Source of the DNA: Mobula hypostoma
Lineage: Eukaryota
Assembly: GCF_963921235.1 (NCBI RefSeq)
Contig: NC_086107.1
Span: 111,726,001-111,790,000, forward strand
Direction: 5' to 3'
DNA: 64,000 bases
Below, piece after piece: positions 39,548 through 64,000 of the stretch (within the stretch, counting starts at the first letter, position 1; every line of letters starts with the position of its first letter). Position numbers and translations under genes: made by a program. The notes beneath the pieces are model-generated. The model searched no databases. It had not been told where the DNA came from and worked only from the letters and a program-made list of their open reading frames with translations.

Positions 39548-40195
39548 ATTATGAGAACACTCAGTACTCTTTTATTGTCATTTAGAAATGCATACATGCA
39601 TTAAGAAATGATACAATGTTTCTCCAGAGTGATATCACAGAAAACAAGACAGACCAAAGACTAACACTGACAAAACCACATAATTATAACATATAGTTAC
39701 AGCAGTGCAAAGCAATACCATAATTTGATAAAGAACAAACCATGGGCACAGTAAAAAAAAGTTCTCAAAGTCCCGAGTCCCCGATAGCAGGCGGCAAAAG
39801 GGAGAAACTCCCTGCCATAAACCTCCAGGCACCGTCAACTTGCCGATGCCTTGGAAGCAGCCGACCACAGCCAACACTGAGTCCATCCATCTGAAAACTC
39901 CGAGCTTCCGAGCAGCCTCTCCGATACAGCCTCCCGAGCGCCATCCTCTGCCGAGCACCTTCGACCTCGCCCCGGCCGCTGAAACATGCAAAGCCGAGGA
40001 TTTCGGAGGCTTCAGCTCCGGAGATTCCGGTTACCACACAGTAACAGTGGTAGCAAAGCGGGCATTTCAGAAGTTTCTCCAGATGTTCCTCCGTACTCTC
40101 ACGTCTGTCTCCATCAAATCAGGATTGTGCACGATCCCAAAAGATATTCATCACCGAAGTGGTCGCGTGCTCGTCGCGACGCCATCTTCTCCCCC
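39548..40195 (-). mobile_element. Interspersed repeat of about 650 bp (retroposon-like); second copy at 48003-48692 (+)
   Basis: Both copies begin GAGAAGATGGCG and end AATAAAAGAG..CTGAGTGT..CATAAT, and they share ORF translations. Confidence 0.75.
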
Positions 40196-41334
40196 CTCCC
40201 AGGAGGATATTGCTCTGTACTGCTACCATTTCACACGTTCTGCGCCACAATAGCATGCCCACAAAGCTCAGCAGAGAAGCAGAGAGCACAACAATCAGCT
40301 GAACAACAGCGACGCTCGCCCCTTTCCTCTCTTCCATCCACACAGGCACACACACATTCCTCCAAACCTCGGACAGGCCATCTTCCTCAGCTTCCAGCCT
40401 CCGCTGGGCTCGGATTCGCAAATACCGCACCTTCGACCTCCCCGAGATACTCCAACATTCAATTGATAGTCAAAGTCACTTAGATCACATTATTCCCTCA
40501 TCTTGATGTTGGGTCTGAAAGACAACTGAACCTCTTGACCATGCCTGCATGCTCTTATGCACTGAGTTGCTGCCGCATGATTGGCTGATTAGATATTTCC
40601 ATTAACGAGCAAGTGTATAGGTGTACCTGATAAAGTGGCCACTGAATGTACAACAGTGTCATATGATTATGACACTAATATAGGTTGTTTGAGCATTCGT
40701 GCCTATGTTGGTTAAGAAAGGTCACCTTCAAGCTCCAGGTTTACAGCCATGCAGGATGCAACATGTCTGTTTCAATTGCAGTTTAGGGTTTCTGCCTCAA
40801 CCATCTATTAATTTATTTATGTATGGATGCATGTATGTATGTCCGTACGTATTTATTTATTTATTTAGTGATACAGTGTGGAATAGGCCCTTCCCCCCAA
40901 TGAGTTGCCCCACCCAGCAACCACCAAATTAACCCCGGCCTAATCACGGGACAATTTACAATGACCAATTAACCTACCAACCTGTACGTCTTTGGACTGT
41001 GGGAGGAAACCAGAACACCTGGAGAAAAAAAAAACACGGGTTTCTTGGGCAGGACGTACAAACTTGCTGAGAGAGGATGCTGGGACTGAACTCCAAACTC
41101 AGTTGTACTGAACGGTAATAGCATCGCACTAACCACAATGTCACCACATCGCTTCCGCCCCCCCCCCCACCCCCAGCACAAGATCCAGTTCCCAATACCC
41201 TGTCAGTCAGGGGCTCCCAACCTTTTTTATGCTATGGACCCCTACCTTTAACCAAGGGGTCCGTAGACCCCAGCTTAGGAAATCATTGGTGTTCTTAGCT
41301 AAGTTAATAACTAAGATTTAAGAACACCAAATAA

Positions 41335-42015
41335 ACTAAGGGACTGAGGAGTGCTGCACAACAAAGGGATCGGGGAATACAGATCCATAATTCTTTGGAA
41401 GTGGTGTCACAGGTACATAGGGTCATAGAGAAACCTTTTGGCTCATTGGTTTGCATAAATCAGGGTATTCAGTACAAGATTTGGGATTTTACATTGAGGT
41501 CGTAAAAGAAAATGGTGAGGTCAAATTTGGGGTATTCTGTACATTTCTGGTCACCTACCGACAGGAAAGATAGCAATAAGATTGAAGGAATTCAGAGAAA
41601 ATCTACAAGGATATCGCCAGGACTTGAGGGAAAGTTTGAATAGGCTAGAGCTTTATTCCCTGGGGCGTAGGAGAATGAGATGAGATTTGATATAGATAGG
41701 TTGGATGCAAGCAGGCTTTTTTCTGCTGAGGTTGGGTGAGACTAGAACTAAAGGACATAGGATAAGGGTGAAAGGTGAAATGTTTAAAGGGAAGCAGAGA
41801 GGGAACGCGTTAAACTCAGAGGGTGGTACGAGTCTGGAACTAGATGTCTGCAGTAGTGGATGCGGGTTCAATTACAACATTTAAGAGAGAGGTTTGGATA
41901 AGTACATGAGAGGGAAGTAGTGTGGGTCGATGGGACCAGGCAGAGTAACAGTCCAGCACAGACTAGATGGGCTGAAGGGCCTGTTTCTGTGCTGCAGTGC
42001 TCTATGACTATGACT
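41335..42015 (+). mobile_element. Degenerate CR1 3' fragment ending next to the ferritin B 3'UTR
   Basis: CR1-like coding remnants and a (CTATGA)n tail. Confidence 0.65.
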
Positions 42016-42060
42016 AAAAAGTATGTGTATCACCAAATAACCATCTTTTTTCTGTAAACA

Positions 42061-42066
42061 TTTATT
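42061..42066 (-). other. Probable polyadenylation signal of ferritin gene B
   Basis: AATAAA about 125 nt after the TGA. Confidence 0.7.
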
Positions 42067-42191
42067 ACGCCAATAATAGTATAGTTATTTCTGAAAGAAT
42101 TACTTTCACATTCAGTGTAAAGTACATCAGTTTCCATGACAGTCACAGGGAGGGGAGTGCGACGGATGGACGGAGGCTGCTCCACTCCACA

Positions 42192-57410
<15,219 letters not shown>

Positions 57411-57507
57411 CTGACAAGGAACACACTCTGCCAGTTCGCCGTGCCCTGCCGCTGCCTGCAATTGATCGAGTCTGGCTGGGGCGGCAGTCAGTTCAGGAGA
57501 CGCTGGG

Positions 57508-57524
57508 TTTATCACGCACCGCCC
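57508..57524 (-). promoter_or_regulatory. Candidate ferritin B core promoter (GC box plus GATAAA)
   Basis: GGGCGG at 57524-57519 and GATAAA at 57513-57508, about 100 nt above the ATG in a locally CpG-rich patch. Confidence 0.4.
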
Positions 57525-57653
57525 ATGCACGATGAGGACTGGGTGCGGAGATCTGGCTTCTGCAGATTTCCAGCCCCAGCAGTTACAGACATTGAGAGAT
57601 ACAGCACAGAAACAGGCCCTTCAGCCCTTAAGTCTGACTTGACCCATTTACAC

Positions 57654-58394
57654 TGTTATAAGGATTACCCTTTAGTAATGATCAGAGAGGCACAGAGAGA
57701 ATCTGTATTTACTGACAAGTACCTTTATTGTCTCAGCTAAAACTACGTAAATTTACACAACCAAGTACCTGTGTGCACACCTACTCAGTTTCTCTGACCC
57801 TCCATGGACAGTCAAAGAATAGAAAAGGTAATAGCTGAAAAAGAAGTCTACACTGGCTACGTGTTCCTCATGGTCCCAATATAATCTCACGTGTCTGTGG
57901 GGTCCTCTACATCGACGATAGTTGGTCTCCGGAGAGTTGTCGCTCCTTTGCATTTGAAGCTCCTGACTGTTATAGTGTTCCTCATCAGTTCAAATGATGA
58001 GTTTCTGTCCCGTTTGCTCAAGGTCACCTGACCTACCTGGGTTACCTTCTTACTGGCTCTGGTCCAGGGTTACAACCAAATGTGTTCTATGTCTCTGCTC
58101 TCAGCCTCGTGCCATTGTTCTTTTCAATCCTGATTGGTCAAACCAGTTCAACCAGGCGATCCAGACTCTGAGTCGACAGATTGCTTATGACTTTATATAA
58201 TAAATAGCTCTTTGTCTGAGAATGGTCTCAGGTTTAGCAGGTCATTAGCTGAAATTCCTTGTGTCCACATTCAATTGCTCTGATTAAATTATCCCGGAGC
58301 AAAAATCAGTCCGTCAAACAGTTCACCAAATGGCAGCTGCAGGGACGGTCTCACAAAATGGCTGCTTCCGTTCTTCCATTCCTTCTGGCTATCA
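57654..58394 (-). mobile_element. Solo LTR, 741 bp
   Basis: TG...CA termini with ACAC on both sides (57650-57653 and 58395-58398). The minus strand has TATATAAAG (58199-58191) and AATAAA (57729-57724). Confidence 0.65.
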
Positions 58395-58964
58395 ACACTA
58401 ATCCTACACCGATCCCATGTTTTATTCTCGCTCTACTATTCACCCTCACGTTAAGCATAATTTACTCATGGCCAATTAAGACCATAAGAGAAAGGAGCAG
58501 CACTAGGCTAGTTAGTCTATTGAGTCTGCTCTGCCATTCGACCAAGTCTGGTTTAGTTTCCCTCAAAAACCCATTCTCCTGCCTTCTCCCCCATAACCTT
58601 TGATGCCCCATGAGACCACAAGACATAGAAGCAGAATTTGGCTATTCAGCTCATTGGGTCTCCTCCACAATTCAATCATGGCTGACTTATTTCCCCTCTC
58701 AACTCCATTCTTTCCCTCTCAACCCAACTAACTTCCCGAGCCTTTCAGATGTGGGAGAATACAGGTGAACTGGAGGAATCCCTTACATGGGAGGACGTTC
58801 ACACAGAGAGCAAGCAAGGATAGTCCTGAGGGCAGGATTGAACCTGGGACTCTGGAGTTGTGAGGCTGTGGCTCTGCTGGCAGTCCCACTGTGCCAGCCT
58901 CCCCTCATGCCATTTTCTGCACGGTATCGATGTGAGTTAACCAATCCACTTTGGCTTCCAAAAC

Positions 58965-61075
58965 TGGTTTGATTTTCATTTGTGGCTACAGAATACTTCA
59001 TGTATTTAGGGGTTAAAATTACTAAGAAACATCAAGACCTATTCAAGGCTAATTTTTTACCTTTAATTGATCATATTAAACAATTATTAACTAAATGGTC
59101 TCCAATGTCCTCATCATTAGTTGGTCGAATCAAAGCTATTAAGATGATAGTTCTACCTAAGTTTCTTTACTTATTTCAGGTAGTACCAATTTTTATTCCT
59201 AAATTCTTTTTTTGATATTATTGATTCTAAAATTTCTTTATATATATGGCAGAGTTAAAATCCCAGGTTGAGTGAGAGATATTTACAGAAATCCAAAAAG
59301 GATGGTGGTTTGGCAATGCCGAACTTTAGATTTTACTATTGGGCAATTAATATCTGAAATTTAACCTTTTGGACCCAAGAATTAGATAAAACCCAAAGTC
59401 CAAGGTGGTTGAATCTTGAACGTCAGTCTGTGCAAGGATTTTCTATTTTAGGTGTCTATTTTAGGGGCTTCACTCCCCTTTGCAATTACTAAATTGAACA
59501 AACAAATTAATAACCCAATAATTAAATCTGCAATATGAATATAGTTCCAATTCCGTAAATTTTTTGATTGAATAAATTTACCCTTTCCAGCCCTATTTTA
59601 TTTAATTCTTTTTTAACCATCTAGAATTGATCAAGCCTTCCTTTTTTGGAAAATGAAAGGAATAAACTGTTTTCGTGATTTATTTATGGATAACTTTTAT
59701 GTCTTTTGAACAGTTATCTGATAAGTACAATTTACATAGATCGCACTTTTTTAGATATCTACAAATTAGAAATTTTTTGAATGTTACTTTGCCTACCTTT
59801 CCGATGTTACATCAAATTGATATTGTGCAAAAAATTTTAAGTTTAAATCCCTTACAAAAGAGTGTAATAGCAGCTATCTACGACTTGATCATGAAAATCC
59901 CTTCAGGTATATCTGGTAAAATAAAGAATGAATGGGAACGAAAACTTCAAGTAAATATATGCATAGAAGAATGGGAAAAGATTTTTTAATTAGTTAACAC
60001 TTCTTCAATGTGTGCCAGACATAGTTTAATACAATTTAAAGTGGTTCATAGAACATATATGTCAAAAGATAAACTAGCCCATTGTTATTCCCATATAAAC
60101 CCTATGTGTGACAGATGTAACTCTGAGGTTGCTTCTTTAACCCACATGTTTTGGTCCTGCCCTCTTTTGAAAAAAATACTGGAAAGATATCTTTGATATT
60201 GTTTCAACCAACACATATCAAAGTTGCTGGTGAACGCAGCAGGCCAGGCAACATCTCTAGGAAGAGGTACAGTCGACGTTTCAGGCCGAGACCCTTCGTC
60301 AGCCCGAAACGTCTCGGCCTGAAACGTCGACTGTATCTCTTCCTAGAGATGCTGCCTGGCCTGCTGCGTTCACCAGCAACTTTGATGTGTGTTGCTTGAA
60401 TTTCCAGCATCTGCAGAACTGCTGATATTGTTTCAGCAGTTTTACATATTGATTTACAACTTCATCCAATTACTGCAATTTTTGGATTGCCAATGATTGA
60501 TTCTAATTATTTATCATCTTCAGCCTGCTGTTTGATAGCATTTGTTATGCTGATGGCCAGAAGACCCATTTTATTTAAATGGAAAGATTTTGATCCCCCT
60601 ACTACACTTCAATGGTTTTCTCAAACTATAGCTTGTTTCAACCTAGAAAATAATCAAGAGTAGTTCAGTTAATTCCTCGATTAAATTCGAGGAAACCTAG
60701 GAGTCCTTTATTCAATATTTCCATACATATGACTTAAGTTGATTTTCTTTTTGAATGCTTTTTCCTAATATTTAATTGTTTATGGAAGGAGGAACGGAGT
60801 CAAGGACAGTATAATTATAATTGACAAATTATGGCAGCCCAGTTTTTTTTTCTGTTTTGTTTTCTGTTTAGTTTAGGGTTTTTTTTCCCTTGAACAAATC
60901 TTTTGAAATTTATTTCAATTTCAATTATCAAGAGATCAGGAGGACTTGTCTGGATATGATATTTGAAACTTATGTTTGTATATAGGATTGCTATTACTGT
61001 ATTGTAATCCTGTTCTCTTGGTATTGTTATTATTGATCATTTATCTGATCATAATGCAATAAAACGATTTGAAAA
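58965..61075 (+). mobile_element. Degenerate L1-clade LINE 3' portion
   Basis: YLGVKIT..GRIKAIKMIVLPKFLYLFQ, GGLAMPNF and CDRC..LTHMFWSCP (C-terminal zinc knuckle), followed by AATAAA near 61058. Confidence 0.85.
60207..60422. mobile_element. Penelope-terminal-repeat-derived palindromic insertion
   Basis: 84-bp inverted arms at 60209-60292 and 60311-60394, flanked by the 13-bp direct repeat TGATATTGTTTCA. Confidence 0.8.
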
Positions 61076-61719
61076 GAAAGAAAGATTTCCATTTGCATCT
61101 GTAAAGAGACAGACATAAAGATGAAAATTAGAAAGGTTGGCCTTGTTTGTCAAGTGTACCTTGAAAAATCGAAACGTACAGTGAAATGCTTGGGTCGATG
61201 ACCAACACAGTCCGAGGATGTGCTGGGGGCAGCCAGCAAGTATTGCCACATTTCTGGAACCACGACAGCATGCTCACAACTCACTAACCCTAAACCTCAT
61301 GTGGATGGAAACCAGAGCACCCGGAGGAAACCCACGCGGTCACAGACAGAACTTGAAAAACTCTTCAAACACGGCAGCAGGAATATAGCTTTCCCATCAT
61401 ATCTGGAGTCAGGAAGGGCTGTTGAATCTCCCCTGTCTTGTTCATGTACTGCATAGAGCCCTTTGCTGAATCTGTCAGGAAGGACGAGAGTATAACGGGG
61501 TGATATCACCGGGCAGTGGAGGAATGTATGTCAAACCCTCCCTATAAATATGTCAACACGAGGAAATCTGCAGATGCTGGAATTTCAAGCAACACACATA
61601 AAAGTTGCTATAAATATGTCGCCAGCTTTTGCTCGGTTCCGTGGTAGGGTACTGCTGCCACAAAGCATCAAATTTGACAACACAGGTCAGTGGTAATAAA
61701 GCTGATCCTGATTCTGACT

Positions 61720-63330
61720 CTCATTCAGTTTGCAGATTGACCAATATCTGCGATCAGTTTGAGTTTGCCTCAGGGGCCAGAGTCAACCACAGGAAGAGCA
61801 GGACCATGCTCTTCGGTTGCTGGCCCGACCGATCCAATACCCCGCCGTTGTCAGGTCTGACTACCTGAAGGTGCTGCCGATCTGCTTCAGAAGGACTGAG
61901 ACACGTAACAAGAACTGACTGGAGCAGATTGTTGCTTTCGTGGAGTAGATCGTGTTGGACAATTTCCTGTCTTTTGCACATTGGTTGTTTGTCTGTCTTT
62001 ATTGTATACGGTCTTTCATTGACTCTATTGTGTTACTTAGCATTTACTGTGAATATCCACAAGAAAATGAATCTCAGTTTAGTATATAGTGACATATATT
62101 TACTTTGGTAAGAAGTTTAGTATGATCTTTGAGATTGGGAAGGTAAAACAAAAGCTAAGTTGATGGAAATGGCATTCTCTATCAATAGGAAGAACTTGGC
62201 TATCAGGTGCAGTGTGCTCTCAGGGCTACACACACGAAGTGCTGGAGGAGCTCAGCAAGTCAGGCAGCATCTATGGAGGGGAATATTTCAGGCTGAGGCC
62301 CTTCTTCGAGGCCGTCCTTGTAAAGGATAGCGGAGAGAGTGAGATGACAAGCTTAGAAGTGACGGGACGTAATTGTGTGACGCAGCTCAGAGGCCCTGGG
62401 TTCCAGTCAATGCAAAGAATTGAGGGAATGCTTCACTGCTGAAGGAGGTGCCTCAGGAATGTTTAACTACGGCTCCATCTGGCTTCACAATCTCTCAGGG
62501 CACTTTTTTAAAGAAGAGGTGGTGTTCAAAGTAAACAATGAGCCACCCACACGAAATGCAGAGAGAGATGGTGTAGAGGAAAGGTCTAACCCCATTACTG
62601 CACAGCCTAGTCAGTTGGACATTGTGGCACCTACAAAATGTTTGAAAATGTTTGTCAGTTTAGTGAACACCTTTGAACACAAGCCCACCAGGCAGCGGTC
62701 AGAGTGGAACGTACTGCAGACACTCCAGGGCAGGGACGTGATGGATTCTGTGCGTTGCTCCCATAGCAAACCAAGTGGCAGGGTGCCTCATCACCAGATC
62801 TGACCAACAAGCAACCAGCCCTCGCTTGGCTGGTGGTTAGAGGCGCTCTCAAAGTCAGAGCCTCCCTGTACAGACGGTAAACCATTCCCAAAGTACGCTG
62901 CGCTCGGGATGGCTATGGTTGGGGCAGGGTCGGCCACCCACCTCTTCGCAGATTTGCTATGAAGATGGGGAGATAGATGCAAGATAGTCCCAGTTCCTCC
63001 CTAGCAGCTGTGTAACAGAGGACTCCCTGATCCTCGGACTTTTCCTAAGCACACATAGGAGACAGATGTCAGGTGCCGGTGGAAGGTCATCAGCTCACTG
63101 GAGGACACCCTTTGTCTGAAATCTGTTGGGTGTCCAGCACAGCGAGATGTCCATAAGGGAACACTGCAGACTGGAGTACGTTCTGAGCTCGGTGCAGCCA
63201 ATGCTAAGGCTCCATGGGGAAGAATCTTCCGCTACCACACCTGGAGGGGCAGAGTTGGGTGGAGAAGTCCACGGGGTGGGAGGCGGCTATTATCTCGGGC
63301 GTCCACGTGAGTGGCGATGGTGCTATGTTT
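61720..63330 (+). mobile_element. Degenerate Tx1/L1-clade LINE remnant
   Basis: ICDQFEFASGARVNHRKS (RT region), and LTNKQPALAWLVVRGALKVRASLY plus THLFAD (zinc-finger region). Interrupted by other repeats. Confidence 0.65.
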
Positions 63331-64000
63331 GTCTTCTTTTTGTTAAAGTTTAAACTATTGACTCAAACATTCATGAGCGTAGAAGATATTTTGCACAGTT
63401 TCTTCCCTTGCATATGTTTTTTAAATATAAGTGAAGTCTATTTTTGGAATTAAAAATGGCAATGCGTAATTTTGCTCAGCTTAAGTGTACATGTACTGTA
63501 AATTGTTGACTAGAAAGTTAATATTTCCTGGACGTTGTCCTTCGAGCCACAGGATGTTAGAACGAGGGGTAGGGGAAGCCTGTGTGAAGGAGGAGGCTGT
63601 GAGACCTGGATTCACTGATAGGTTGAACTGGTAGGGTGTGTTTGTATCTCCTTGGCCACATCGCTTATCTGCGTGAAGACGGTTGAAAATGCCACATACA
63701 AATAGGAAGCATTTGTGGTTGTGAAACACCGGGGATAAGACAGAGTTTTTTTTAGGCATCCATTTAATGTCTACTGTAGCCCTGAGTGTGTTTGGCAGGA
63801 CAGTGTAGAAGGGAAGAAGAAGCTTGCATTCTATAGTTCAAAGTTCAAGGTAAGTTTATTATTAAAGTACGTCTATGTCACCGTATACTACTCTGAGATT
63901 CATTTTTTTGAAGGCATTCACAGTAGATCAAAGAAATACAATAGAATCAATGAAAGACTATACACAGACTGGCAAATAACCAATGTGCGAAAGATAAACT

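Noticed and set aside
57415..57440. CAGAGU loop in the ferritin B leader as a variant IRE
   Set aside because: The flanks ACUGG and GUGUU do not form the 5-bp upper stem.
57411..57530. 40-aa N-terminal extension of ferritin B suggested by ORF 57195-57530 (possible targeting peptide)
   Set aside because: The ORF starts at GTG, not ATG, and runs across the candidate promoter. The ATG at 57410 aligns with the normal ferritin start.
57645..57665. AACAGUGU on the minus strand upstream of ferritin B
   Set aside because: No stem. The motif arises at the LTR end/TSD junction.
62420..63450. Possible exons of a neighbouring host gene such as BAX or GYS1
   Set aside because: The recognisable motifs belong to a Tx1/L1-type ORF2. 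No BAX or GYS1 peptide was seen anywhere in the window.

Overview
Eukaryotic, repeat-dense genomic DNA. The CR1, L2, Rex1, Penelope, Tx1 and tRNA-SINE repertoire points to a cartilaginous fish, probably a ray (inference). Two four-exon ferritin genes lie in tandem on the minus strand about 37 kb apart. Both were spliced by hand using GT-AG junctions; both have coding exons of 102/147/126/159 nt and encode 177 aa. Gene A (CDS 5252->3884) is compact and CpG-rich and encodes an H/M-type ferritin with all ferroxidase ligands. It has a canonical 5'UTR iron-responsive element, a Maf/Nrf2-like site and an intronic FOXO-type palindrome. Gene B (CDS 57410->42192) spans 15 kb and encodes a divergent subunit resembling the amphibian lower (L) chain. 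It has lost most ferroxidase ligands and a 3-fold channel Asp, shows no IRE, and has a probably sense-oriented solo LTR 244 bp upstream of its ATG. The rest is mostly transposon debris, including a near-identical tandem duplication (13.7-19.8 kb), a Harbinger-type MITE, and Penelope-derived palindromes with hammerhead-ribozyme cores. TE boundaries are approximate unless a TSD is given, and family assignments rest on motif recognition, not database searches.
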